A stretch of 64,000 nucleotides of DNA from an uncultured bacterium (GTDB lineage: Bacteria; Patescibacteriota; Patescibacteriia; SG8-24; DYFX01). Positions within the stretch are counted from its first letter, which is position 1. Every line of letters begins with the position of its first letter. The notes under the pieces were generated by a model, which saw only the letters and a program-made list of their open reading frames with translations, was not told where the DNA came from and did not search any database. Location of the stretch: NCBI GenBank assembly GCA_937900255.1, contig CALCDZ010000004.1:198391-262390 (forward strand), read 5' to 3'. Shown here piece after piece: positions 18,191-26,908 of the stretch. The position numbers were made by a program, and so were the translations under genes.

Positions 18191-19381
18191 ATGCAGGCAC
18201 CTCAGGCGCTTTCCGTCTCGCAATTCATCGACTCGCTGAACTCGGCGTTCGCCGAGGCGATTTTCCCGTATGGCGTCCATGTGGAAGGCGAGGTCGCGCA
18301 ATATAAGCTGAGCCAGGGCAAGTGGATCTGGTTCGACCTGAAGGATGAGACCGGACTGGTCTCGTGCTTCGCCACCGTTTGGCAGATAAAGCAGCCTCTC
18401 GAGGACGGCATGAAGGTCCGCGTCCACGGTGTGCCCAAGCTCTACGCGAAGAACGGGCGTTTTTCGCTGACGGTCGATCGCGTCGAGATGGTGGGGGAGG
18501 GGGCGCTTCGCCGCGCCTTCGAGCTGCTCAAGAAAAAGCTGGAATCCGACGGCCTTTTCGCGCCAGGCCGCAAGCGCGCGCTGCCGCCGTTCCCAGAGCG
18601 CATCGGGCTGATCGCTTCGACCGAATCGGCCGCATATTCCGACTTCCTGCGCATCCTCGGCGATCGCTGGGGCGGCATGCAGGTGGCGGCGGCCCATGTG
18701 CAGGTCCAGGGGCGCGATGCCGTGCGCGACATCGTCGGCGCTTTCGATCATTTCAACCGTCATCCGGAGCTGGCGGAGGTGCTGGTGCTGACGCGCGGCG
18801 GCGGATCGCTCGAAGACCTGCACGCCTTCAACTCCGAAGAGGTCGCCCGCGCGATCTTCGCTTCCAGGGTGCCGGTCGTGGTCGGCGTCGGCCATGAGCG
18901 GGACGAATCGCTCGCCGACTACGTGGCGGACGTGCGCGCCTCCACGCCGTCGAACGCCGCCGAACGCCTGGTACCCGACCGCAGGGACATCGGCCGGAGG
19001 ATCGATACTTTCCTGCGCGTGATGGACGATGGCCTCGCGCGCGAAAGCGCCCATTACGCGCACCGGCTTTCGGACCTCGAACATCGGTTGCAGGAGCAGG
19101 TGCGTTCCGCGCGCGCCGAGTTCGACGCCGTGATGTCCGATCTCGAACGCTGCCTGCTCGGTTTCGAAGGGCGTGTGCAGCGTCTCTCCGGCGCGATCGA
19201 TCGGGACGAGCGCCTGCTCAGGTCGTTCGATCCGCAGGGCGTCCTGCGCCGCGGCTACGCCATCGTCCGCGGGCCGGACGGGCGCGTCCTTCGCGAAGCG
19301 GCATCCGTGGACAAGGGGCAGCCCGTTGCCGTACAATTGGCGAAAGGATCGATCGAAGCGACCGTCACTGAAACCCGCTGA
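18191..19381 (+). CDS. xseA: Exodeoxyribonuclease VII large subunit
   Basis: OB fold, VQG, RGGGSLEDL, GVGHERD, RASTPSNAAE, VLRRGYAIV. Confidence 0.96.
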   Translation: MQAPQALSVSQFIDSLNSAFAEAIFPYGVHVEGEVAQYKLSQGKWIWFDLKDETGLVSCFATVWQIKQPLEDGMKVRVHGVPKLYAKNGRFSLTVDRVEMVGEGALRRAFELLKKKLESDGLFAPGRKRALPPFPERIGLIASTESAAYSDFLRILGDRWGGMQVAAAHVQVQGRDAVRDIVGAFDHFNRHPELAEVLVLTRGGGSLEDLHAFNSEEVARAIFASRVPVVVGVGHERDESLADYVADVRASTPSNAAERLVPDRRDIGRRIDTFLRVMDDGLARESAHYAHRLSDLEHRLQEQVRSARAEFDAVMSDLERCLLGFEGRVQRLSGAIDRDERLLRSFDPQGVLRRGYAIVRGPDGRVLREAASVDKGQPVAVQLAKGSIEATVTETR

Positions 19382-19382
19382 T

Positions 19383-19643
19383 ATGGCGCCAAAAGAATCC
19401 AAGAAAGCCAATTTCGCAGAGGCGTTCAAGGAACTGGAGGATATCGTCCGTTGGTTCGAATCGACCGAGGTCGATCTCGAGGAAGGGCTGAAGAAATTCG
19501 AGCGCGGGCTCGAGCTCGCCAAGAAGTGCCGCGAGCGCCTGGCGGACGTCGAGAGCAAGGTGACCCGCATCAAGGAGAAGTTCACGGACTCCGAGACGCT
19601 CGCCGTCCCGGAAGAGGAAGACGACCAGCCGCGCCTGCTCTGA
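19383..19643 (+). CDS. xseB: Exodeoxyribonuclease VII small subunit
   Basis: FAEAFKELEDIV...LEEGLKKFERGLELAKKCRERL; follows xseA. Confidence 0.95.
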   Translation: MAPKESKKANFAEAFKELEDIVRWFESTEVDLEEGLKKFERGLELAKKCRERLADVESKVTRIKEKFTDSETLAVPEEEDDQPRLL

Positions 19644-19660
19644 CCCATCATGCGGAAAGC

Positions 19661-20380
19661 ATGTCGATGACGAAACGCCTCCTCACCCTCTTCGTCGCCT
19701 CGTGCGTTTTGGCGTTCCTCGCCCCGGTCCAGGCCGGTTCGGCCCCGTTGGCTGCGGCCGTCATCCTGGCCGCCGTCTTCACGCTCGGTCTCGTGGTCCG
19801 GCGCGCATGGCGGAGGCGCGATGATCTGCGGTCTTCAGTGGCGGTCGAGCTCAACAAGATCCGCCGCATCTATCACCTGGGAAGGAATCTCGGGACGGAG
19901 ACGCATCATCGCCAGTGGTTCACCGAACTGCACGGGTCCGTCTACGCATACCTCTCGGAGTTCGACAAGAAGCCGTTCTCCCGTTTCCGGGAGACGGACG
20001 CGGGGTTCCGGAAGCTCAGCTACCACCTGTATCAGGTTTCCGGCCTCGAGACGGAGAAGGAGCGGGCCTTATACCGCGAGCTGCTCGGAGCGGCCGGGGC
20101 CGCTGCCGAGGCGCGCCAACGCACGTGGGAGCTGTGGAACGGAGGACTGCCGTCAGGCGCGTGGACCGCATTGACCGTCCTGGCGCTCGCCTCCGGCGCC
20201 GCCGCGTTGGGTGCCATGGGCCCGTCCGATCGTTGGACCGCGGCTTTTGCCATCACGGCGGTCGGGACCTGCTTCTTCTTGGCGCGCGAGGCCGATGACC
20301 TGCGTCATTCGGCGGGGGAGGAGCTTGCCAAGAGCTACGCCGAGAACGTCGCGCGCCTTGAGATGCGGCGCGAAGCCTGA
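19661..20380 (+). CDS. 4-TM membrane protein (DUF4239/bestrophin-like topology)
   Basis: Two N-terminal TMs, soluble helical region, two C-terminal TMs. Confidence 0.6.
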   Translation: MSMTKRLLTLFVASCVLAFLAPVQAGSAPLAAAVILAAVFTLGLVVRRAWRRRDDLRSSVAVELNKIRRIYHLGRNLGTETHHRQWFTELHGSVYAYLSEFDKKPFSRFRETDAGFRKLSYHLYQVSGLETEKERALYRELLGAAGAAAEARQRTWELWNGGLPSGAWTALTVLALASGAAALGAMGPSDRWTAAFAITAVGTCFFLAREADDLRHSAGEELAKSYAENVARLEMRREA

Positions 20381-20384
20381 AACC

Positions 20385-20513
20385 ATGTCCAAGAACAACG
20401 CCCGCAGCTTCGGCGGAAACCGCAAGGGTCCCGGATACCGGACGCCGAGCTCTTTCCGCGGCCAAATCTCCATCAAGCGCAAGAACCTCCCGAAGGATTT
20501 CAACCGAAAATGA
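20385..20513 (+). CDS. Small highly basic protein (42 aa)
   Basis: MSKNNARSFGGNRKGPGYRTPSSFRGQISIKRKNLPKDFNRK*; fills the gap exactly, ATGA overlap with pyrH. Confidence 0.55.
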   Translation: MSKNNARSFGGNRKGPGYRTPSSFRGQISIKRKNLPKDFNRK

Positions 20514-21196
20514 AGAAAGCGCCCGTCATCATCTCGCTCGGCGGCTCCCTGATCGTTCCTGCGTCAGGGATCGATGTGGCGTTCCTTAAGCGTTTCAAGG
20601 CCTTCATCACGAAGCGCGTCTCCAGGGGAGAGCGCTTCGTCCTGATCTGCGGCGGCGGCTCCACGGCGCGGCAGTACCAGAAGGCCGCCAAGGCGGTCGG
20701 GCAGCTTTCGCGGGAAGACGTCGACTGGATCGGCATCCATTCGACGCGCCTGAACGCGCATCTGCTGCGTACCGTCTTCCAGAAGCTTGCACACCCGACC
20801 GTCGTCAAGAATCCGCTCTCGCCCCCGGCCTTCCGCGAACCCGTCCTGATCGCCGCCGGTTGGAAGCCCGGCTGGTCCACCGATTACTGCGCCACGCTCC
20901 TGGCCTCCAGCCTGGGCGCGACGACTGTCCTCAACCTTTCGGACGTCGATCGCGTCTACAGCGCCGACCCCAAGAAAGATCCGGGGGCCAAGCCGCTTTC
21001 CGCCATCGATTGGAAAGCCTTCCGGAAGATCGTCGGGAACCGCTGGGATCCGGGCGCGAACGTGCCGTTCGATCCGGTCGCGGCCGCGCTCGCAGAACGC
21101 ATCGGAGTGAAAGTCAAGATGATCGCCGGACGTTCGTTCGCGGAGATCGCCAAGGCGCTCGACGGCAAGAGGTTCAGGGGTACCGTGATCGGATGA
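20510..21196 (+). CDS. pyrH: UMP kinase, archaeal-type
   Basis: ISLGGS, CGGGSTARQY, DWIGIHSTRLNA, PGWSTD, VYSADPKKDP, PFDPVAA. Confidence 0.9.
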   Translation: MKKAPVIISLGGSLIVPASGIDVAFLKRFKAFITKRVSRGERFVLICGGGSTARQYQKAAKAVGQLSREDVDWIGIHSTRLNAHLLRTVFQKLAHPTVVKNPLSPPAFREPVLIAAGWKPGWSTDYCATLLASSLGATTVLNLSDVDRVYSADPKKDPGAKPLSAIDWKAFRKIVGNRWDPGANVPFDPVAAALAERIGVKVKMIAGRSFAEIAKALDGKRFRGTVIG

Positions 21197-21278
21197 ACGG
21201 AATCGGCCGGCAACCCGCGATTGACGCTTTCGCGGGTTTCCTTATAGGCTGGACCCGGTCCCCAACAAGGAGCAGAGG

Positions 21279-21881
21279 ATGCTGAAGATCATCGTCGCTT
21301 TCGCGGTCCTTTCCATGGCGGCTTGCGGGTCCGCCTCCCAGGCCGGTCCCAAACCCGCCGCCCCCGCGCCCACCGTCCAGCAACAGCCGCCATCGCCCGA
21401 AGCGGTCCAGGGTCCGGTGGATCTCAGCGGCAAGCTGCTCATGATCAGCGGCGAGGGCTTGGCCGGTTTCCGCATGCGGTTGACGCCATCGCCGTGGAGA
21501 GGGCAGTTTTCTCCGCCCCAGCCGAACGGCGTGCGCATGCTGCTGCTCGAACGGACCGATCTCCATGCGCTCCTGGCCATCATGCCGTATGCCGATGACG
21601 GTACCGACGCCAGACGTCTGGCGGTCCAGGCCCGTACGGCGCTGATCGCCGAAGGGGCGATCGACATCACGGAGATCGAGAGCGAACCGTTCGGCCGCTA
21701 CGCCTTCATGGCTGACGGCATGGCCAACGGCCAGCCGGCGCGCGTCTACATCGCCATCGTCCCGCACCCGACCTCCGGCGGCATCTACCTGATCTTCAAG
21801 GCCATCTCCTCCACGGCCGTTTCGGACGAATTCCTCAAGGACGTCCGTTCCATCGCCGACAGCATCGGCCCCCTCAAATAG
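21279..21881 (+). CDS. Hypothetical lipoprotein (stand-alone cassette)
   Basis: Lipobox SMAA-C, Pro-rich linker; TTGACG-N18-TAGGCT at 21221-21250, SD AGGAG, hairpin plus T-run at 21868-21893. Confidence 0.7.
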   Translation: MLKIIVAFAVLSMAACGSASQAGPKPAAPAPTVQQQPPSPEAVQGPVDLSGKLLMISGEGLAGFRMRLTPSPWRGQFSPPQPNGVRMLLLERTDLHALLAIMPYADDGTDARRLAVQARTALIAEGAIDITEIESEPFGRYAFMADGMANGQPARVYIAIVPHPTSGGIYLIFKAISSTAVSDEFLKDVRSIADSIGPLK

Positions 21882-21978
21882 GAGGGCTTTTTTATCATGA
21901 AAAGATGACAATTCCCATGATTTCCAAGAAAAATACTCTATTTAGAGCTGGCGTGATGGCAATTCATGTCACCGACTA

Positions 21979-22007
21979 TTGACAAAATAGAGGGAACGTG
22001 CTATCAT
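21979..22007 (+). promoter_or_regulatory. Near-consensus sigma70 promoter TTGACA-N17-TATCAT with extended TG
   Basis: Direct sequence match in an AT-rich intergenic region. Confidence 0.7.
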
Positions 22008-22086
22008 GGCACTATCGTTGAATGGCAAGTCGTACCTGACGAGCCATTTTACCCAAAAAAACTGGAACTCCGGAGGCATCACCTAC

Positions 22087-22482
22087 ATGCGCACCTTCGA
22101 TAACGACAAGCCCCGCCCCGTGGCCTTTGCGACCCCGACCGGTGGATTCAAGGTCGCCCGCGCCTACCGCTGGATTCCCGAGGGCGAGCTCCGCTGGATT
22201 GAGATGATCGAGGAGGACTTCCGCGAGAACATCGCGGAGGAGCGCCGGGAGCAGGAGCGCCGGCGGCTCGAGGCCCAGCCCTTCCAGGGCTCCGGCCAGC
22301 ACCCGGTGACGCTCGGCTCGCGACGCGCGAGCATGCTCGCGCGCAACCTGCCGGACGGCTCCATCCGAAAGTTCCGGCGCGGCCGCGACTCCAGCAGGTC
22401 CCGTACCCACAGCCGTAACCGTGACATGATCCAGCGCCGCCAGTGCCGCCTCAATCACCCCCGCTGGCGCTTTGCCGCCTAG
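22087..22482 (+). CDS. Orphan Arg-rich protein (131 aa)
   Basis: SD GGAGG at 22072, C/G-ending codon usage, own promoter and terminator. Confidence 0.65.
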   Translation: MRTFDNDKPRPVAFATPTGGFKVARAYRWIPEGELRWIEMIEEDFRENIAEERREQERRRLEAQPFQGSGQHPVTLGSRRASMLARNLPDGSIRKFRRGRDSSRSRTHSRNRDMIQRRQCRLNHPRWRFAA

Positions 22483-22500
22483 CGACGTCTCGTCGTCGCA

Positions 22501-22540
22501 GGCCCCCGCCCACTCTCATGTGGCGGGGTCGTTGTTTTTT
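22501..22540 (+). terminator. Intrinsic terminator
   Basis: CCCCGCC-CAC...GTGGCGGGG followed by TTGTTTTTT. Confidence 0.65.
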
Positions 22541-22548
22541 AAGGCGGC

Positions 22549-22577
22549 TTGACGCCTTTTCCGGTTTCCGGTATCCT
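22549..22577 (+). promoter_or_regulatory. rplJ-rplL promoter TTGACG-N17-TATCCT
   Basis: Consensus spacing, directly before the L10 leader. Confidence 0.65.
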
Positions 22578-22589
22578 GGCGTCAACAAC

Positions 22590-22730
22590 TTCTCGTTTAC
22601 CGAAGACCATAGGTCGCCCCCGGCTGGGGGCCTGAAACCGGATCTGCCGATCCGATCCTATCGAGGCGAACGCCCATGACGGATTTTCCGTCATCCTGCG
22701 TCCGCGGTCTACACGCGGACGTTGTTATTT
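22590..22730 (+). ncRNA. Ribosomal protein L10 leader (autogenous control element)
   Basis: CCGAAGACCATAGG...CCTATCGAGG matches the L10 leader pattern; followed by hairpin CGTCCGCG/CGCGGACG plus T-rich tract; upstream of rplJ. Confidence 0.8.
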
Positions 22731-22768
22731 GAAAGGTCGATCGTGCACTCAGTCACGCAACCCGTCAC

Positions 22769-23299
22769 ATGGCAAAATCCCGCAAACAGAAAGAACTCAC
22801 GCTCGGCGACCTGACCGAGCAGCTCGGAAAGGCCAAGTCCGTGGTCTTCGCCGACATGAAAGGCCTGACCGTCAAGGACGCCACCGCCTTCCGCAACAAG
22901 GCACGCAAGGAGAACGTCGGCGTGCTCGTCGCCAAGAAGACCTTGATGCGCCTGGCGTTCAAGGAAGCCGGCTACGACGGCGTCGACCCGAGCGCCCTCC
23001 AGGGCTCGCTCGTGCTGGTCACCGGCTTCGACGACGAAGTCGCTCCCGCCAAGCTCGCCGCCGAGTTCGCCAAGGATCACGAAGCGCTCAAGATCGTCGC
23101 CGGCGTGCTCGAACGCAAGCTCGTCGATGCCGCTTCGATCACCGCGCTCTCCAAGCTTCCGAGCAAGCAGGAACTCATCGCCAAGCTGGTCGGTTCCATC
23201 AACGCTCCGCTCTCCGGCTTCGTCAACGTCCTGGCCGGCAACCTCCGCGGCCTCGTGAACGTCATGAACGCCATCAAGGACCAGAAAGCGTCCGTTTAA
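22769..23299 (+). CDS. rplJ: 50S ribosomal protein uL10
   Basis: [24 protein letters not shown]. Confidence 0.97.
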   Translation: MAKSRKQKELTLGDLTEQLGKAKSVVFADMKGLTVKDATAFRNKARKENVGVLVAKKTLMRLAFKEAGYDGVDPSALQGSLVLVTGFDDEVAPAKLAAEFAKDHEALKIVAGVLERKLVDAASITALSKLPSKQELIAKLVGSINAPLSGFVNVLAGNLRGLVNVMNAIKDQKASV

Positions 23300-23321
23300 G
23301 AAAACGATTCACATCAACACT

Positions 23322-23723
23322 ATGTCGGAAGAAAAGAACGTCGTGGTGCCGGAGAAGTTCCAGGCCCTCGTCTCGTCCATCGAGAAGCTGTCCGTGCTTG
23401 ACCTGGCCGAGCTGGTCAAGGTCCTCGAAGAGAAGTTCGGCGTCTCCGCCGCCGCCCCGATGATGGCCATGGCCGCCGCCCCGGCCGCCGCCGGCGCCGC
23501 CGCCGAAGAGCAGACCTCCTTCACCGTCGAGTTGACCGCCTCCGGCGACAACAAGATCGGCGTCATCAAGGCCGTCCGCGCCCTCACCAACCTCGGCCTC
23601 AAGGAAGCCAAGGACATGGTCGACGGCGCCCCGAAGGTCGTCAAGGAAGGCGTCTCGAAGGACGAAGCTGCCGCCGCCAAGAAGGAGCTCGAAGCCGCCG
23701 GCGCGAAGGTCACCGTCAAGTAA
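23322..23723 (+). CDS. rplL: 50S ribosomal protein bL12
   Basis: [35 protein letters not shown]. Confidence 0.98.
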   Translation: MSEEKNVVVPEKFQALVSSIEKLSVLDLAELVKVLEEKFGVSAAAPMMAMAAAPAAAGAAAEEQTSFTVELTASGDNKIGVIKAVRALTNLGLKEAKDMVDGAPKVVKEGVSKDEAAAAKKELEAAGAKVTVK

Positions 23724-23737
23724 GGACGTACGGAACG

Positions 23738-23767
23738 GAAACCCCCGACGCGAGTCGGGGGTTTTTC
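23738..23767. terminator. Bidirectional intrinsic terminator
   Basis: GAAACCCCCGAC-GCGA-GTCGGGGGTTTTTC between convergent genes. Confidence 0.8.
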
Positions 23768-25862
23768 ATTTGATCGGCACGGCGTAGATCTTGCCGTCTC
23801 CGGCGAGCAGGTAGACGGTCGCGCCCTTGGCATCGACGGCTGAAGCGCGCAAGTCCTTGAACTCCGGAGCGGTCAGTTGCGAGAGGAGCCGCCCGGTCGT
23901 CTTGTCGACGACGTAGGCGCGGTCGCCGCCTATGTCGGCGAAGACGAGCTTGTTGGAGCCGGCCGAGACCCAAGGGGTCGCGGCACCGGACGGGGCCGGG
24001 TCGATGGTCGAGGCCGCATATTCCTGGACGACCGCTCCCTTGAGATACTTGCGTGTCGTACCGTCGCGATACAGCAGGTAAATGGCGCCATCGGCCGCCA
24101 AGCCGCTGGGAGACGGCGGAGCTCCGCGAAGGACATCCGCCGGCGTTCCCAGCTTGCTGGTCATGACGGATCTCCGGTTGACCGTGCCATCGGCGGTCGC
24201 TCCATAGAGGCGGCCCTGATAGAAGATGAATGGGGTCTCCGCGGCGAATGGTCCCGGGTAGGTCCTCGTTTCCCCGGTCTCCGGGTTCCAATAGGCGAGC
24301 GTCCCGGAAGCGTCTTCGAGCAGGAACCCTGTCTGCGCGGCGGCTGCGGCCGTCACCCCGCCCTTCGCGCCTTGGATCATCGTCTCGGCGGAAACGGTCC
24401 CGTCCTTTGAGATGATATGCGCCTTTGGAGCGGCGGGGGAGAAGACATAGAGCTTATCGCCGAACCAGGCCATGTTGGTCCCGGAGGTCGCCGCATCGCC
24501 CACGGTCGCGAAGATCGACGGTTTTTCCACGACGACGACGCGCCTCAGCTTCGTACGTTCCGCATCGATGCCGCTGCGCGCTTCGGTCTTGGTCTTCTGC
24601 TGCGCCGCCGTCTTTTCCGGCAATGCGTCCGCGAGCGCCGTCATGCGCGCCAGCCGTTCCCGGCTGCGGTCTTCGCTGTCGTAAATCATCCCGGCTTCGA
24701 AGTCGCTCTCTGCCTGCTGCAGTTCGGCCAAGGTCGCTTCATAGGTCTTGGTTTCCCTGAGGACGATTTCCCGTCTGACGGAAAAACCCAGCCCGTGAAG
24801 GAAGACGGCGCCGACCGCCAAGAGCAGCAGGAAGCGTTTGCGGCTTTGGAGCGGCAAGGCATTGAAGCGATCGATGGCCGCGGAAAGGGCGTGATCCGGC
24901 GCCGAAATCAAGGCTTGGATGATCTTGGTCCTGGATTCGTGCCGGACCAGCAACGAGATGGCGCGCGGAAGACGGAACGGAAGCGATGCCAGCCATTTGG
25001 CGGCGCGCCAAGCGAGAGCGGCGAGACGGCGCATCGCGGTACCGAGGAAGATCAGCGCATGGCGGGCGGCGCGAGCGATCAGCTCTCCGATATCCGGCCC
25101 GACGATCGGCGGAGCGGCCCGACGCGGCGCGGCGGGAATCGCCGCCGCGTTCCGTACGGGGTTCGCGGAAACCTTCCGTTCCGGTCCCGTCGCTTCTCCG
25201 GACGGGGCGGAGTTCAGGCAGAGGATCGAGACGGGCAGGCGCGCATTGCGCAGCGCCGACCTGATGTCGCGCGATGCCTTGGCGAAATCCCGCTGGCCGA
25301 AGGTGTCCCGTACGAACTGATCGTCCAGCGAACGGAACAGTTCCGAGGTCGCGATCACCAGGCGCCCGGATTCCGGAAAGGCGCCCGTCTGAAGCGACGT
25401 GAAGAATTTCGGTTCGCCGTTACGCTCCGGCGTCTCGTCGAACAGGGCATATGGCGCGAGCGCGCCGGCGTTCGGTACGTAGAGGATGCCGCGGACGGCT
25501 CCGTGGGAAGAAAGCATCAGCTGCCCTTCGGAGAAGGCGGCGGCCGCTCCGCGCAGCTTGATGCCGGGCATCGAGAGGTCGTGTTCGTAAAGGAAGGCCA
25601 GGACGGCCTTGTTGACCTGCTTCAAGGCCGCCTCGAAGCGCGCCTCGACCGGCCCTTTCTGGAAGAAGATCGGGCGCACTTCTTCGGCCAGCCTTTCGGA
25701 CAGTCTCTCCACCACGCGTTTCGGCGCTTCCGCGGCGATCAGCGCAAAAAAAATCTCCAAATCTCCTCCGGCTTGCGGCGGGGAGGTCAGGGTGAGGCAG
25801 CGGGCGGCGACGAGCCCGGAGCCGCCCGGAACGTGGATTTCGCCGATGCTGATAGGAGTCAT
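23766..25862 (-). CDS. Membrane protein: degenerate PP2C-like N-domain, TM, coiled coil, C-terminal beta-propeller
   Basis: 698 aa; FEAALKQVN...RLVIATSELF PP2C-like fold pattern; TM near residue 350; repeated LYVF/IYLL/AYVV blades. Confidence 0.65.
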   Translation of the reverse strand: MTPISIGEIHVPGGSGLVAARCLTLTSPPQAGGDLEIFFALIAAEAPKRVVERLSERLAEEVRPIFFQKGPVEARFEAALKQVNKAVLAFLYEHDLSMPGIKLRGAAAAFSEGQLMLSSHGAVRGILYVPNAGALAPYALFDETPERNGEPKFFTSLQTGAFPESGRLVIATSELFRSLDDQFVRDTFGQRDFAKASRDIRSALRNARLPVSILCLNSAPSGEATGPERKVSANPVRNAAAIPAAPRRAAPPIVGPDIGELIARAARHALIFLGTAMRRLAALAWRAAKWLASLPFRLPRAISLLVRHESRTKIIQALISAPDHALSAAIDRFNALPLQSRKRFLLLLAVGAVFLHGLGFSVRREIVLRETKTYEATLAELQQAESDFEAGMIYDSEDRSRERLARMTALADALPEKTAAQQKTKTEARSGIDAERTKLRRVVVVEKPSIFATVGDAATSGTNMAWFGDKLYVFSPAAPKAHIISKDGTVSAETMIQGAKGGVTAAAAAQTGFLLEDASGTLAYWNPETGETRTYPGPFAAETPFIFYQGRLYGATADGTVNRRSVMTSKLGTPADVLRGAPPSPSGLAADGAIYLLYRDGTTRKYLKGAVVQEYAASTIDPAPSGAATPWVSAGSNKLVFADIGGDRAYVVDKTTGRLLSQLTAPEFKDLRASAVDAKGATVYLLAGDGKIYAVPIK

Positions 25863-25913
25863 TTTGACCTGTCTTCGGCATCAGTATACAATACTCCCTG
25901 TTCGACGGCCACT

Positions 25914-26510
25914 ATGCTTGAACAATTATTTGGTTCAAAGACGCGGACGCAGCTTCTCCGGACGTTCCTGCAGAACCCGGAGACGAGTTTTTTCGTCCGT
26001 GAATTGACCCGCAGGCTCGACGTGCAGATCAACGCGGTGCGTCATGAGCTCAAGAACCTCGAATCGCTCGGCTTGATCGAGACGGTGTCGGCGGAAGGCA
26101 AGGCCGTCCAGAAGAAGCATTTCCGTCTTAGGCACAATTCCATCCTGATTCCCGATCTCCGCGCCTTGTTCGTGAAATCCCGCGTATTGCTCGAAAAGGA
26201 CCTGGCCCGCCGCCTGCAGGCCGTCGGGCGCGTTTCGTACTTCGCGCTTACGGGCCGTTTCGTGGATCGCCAGGAAGCCCCGACCGACGTCTTCATCGTG
26301 GGCAAGGTGGATCGGCGCAAGCTTTCGGACCTCATCCGCAAGTTCGAGATCGAGTTCGGCCATGAGATCAACTTCACGGTGTTGGACGAAGAAGAGATGC
26401 GTTACCGCATGGATGTCATGGACCGCTTCCTCTACAGCGTGCTCGATCAGCCGAAGCTCGTCTTCGTCGACGAGTTCTTCCATTCGGTCACGGTCTCGCC
26501 GTCGGTATGA
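25914..26510 (+). CDS. Winged-HTH protein fused to a nucleotidyltransferase-like domain
   Basis: LFGSKTR...FFVRELTR...INAVRHELKNL; C-terminal TDVFIVG, EINFTV. Confidence 0.8.
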   Translation: MLEQLFGSKTRTQLLRTFLQNPETSFFVRELTRRLDVQINAVRHELKNLESLGLIETVSAEGKAVQKKHFRLRHNSILIPDLRALFVKSRVLLEKDLARRLQAVGRVSYFALTGRFVDRQEAPTDVFIVGKVDRRKLSDLIRKFEIEFGHEINFTVLDEEEMRYRMDVMDRFLYSVLDQPKLVFVDEFFHSVTVSPSV

Positions 26511-26908
26511 GGGCCGCTTTCTGCGCCGCTCCCCAAGGCGGTTCCGACGTCTCTCTCTCCAGAGGCGGGAACGTGCTCGCGTTCCGGGTGGGGGATGCCT
26601 CTTCGGACCTGCTCGCCTTGCTTGAAGACGCCCTGGAGTCCGTCGCGTCGGATCGAGGCGACCTCCATGAGATCGCCATCGATCGCGGGCCGGACGGTTT
26701 TTCGACGGTGCGCCGGCGCGTGGCGGCCGCTTCCGGGCTCGCGAGATCGCTTGATGCCGCTCTTGCGGCCGTCTCCGGACTGTCTCGGGAGGAAGCGGCG
26801 GCGCTGCCGTCCTCGGAGTTCCGGCCGCGGGCTTCCTGCGTCCCGCTCTATGCCGCCCTGCCTAACATCACGGCCAGCAAGAAGAAAAAGACATGGACCA
26901 CGCGTTGA
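26507..26908 (+). CDS. tsaB: Short, divergent TsaB-like protein (t6A pathway)
   Basis: IAIDRGPDGFSTVR resembles GPGSFTGLR; C-terminal PLY...PNIT; 133 aa. Confidence 0.6.
   Translation: MRAAFCAAPQGGSDVSLSRGGNVLAFRVGDASSDLLALLEDALESVASDRGDLHEIAIDRGPDGFSTVRRRVAAASGLARSLDAALAAVSGLSREEAAALPSSEFRPRASCVPLYAALPNITASKKKKTWTTR

Noticed and set aside
24417-26510. 697-aa plus-strand ORF
   Set aside because: The real gene starts at 25914; the upstream part is antisense to the 698-aa minus-strand gene.
25914-26908. MNT-HEPN toxin-antitoxin pair
   Set aside because: The downstream gene lacks an RxxxxH HEPN motif and resembles TsaB.
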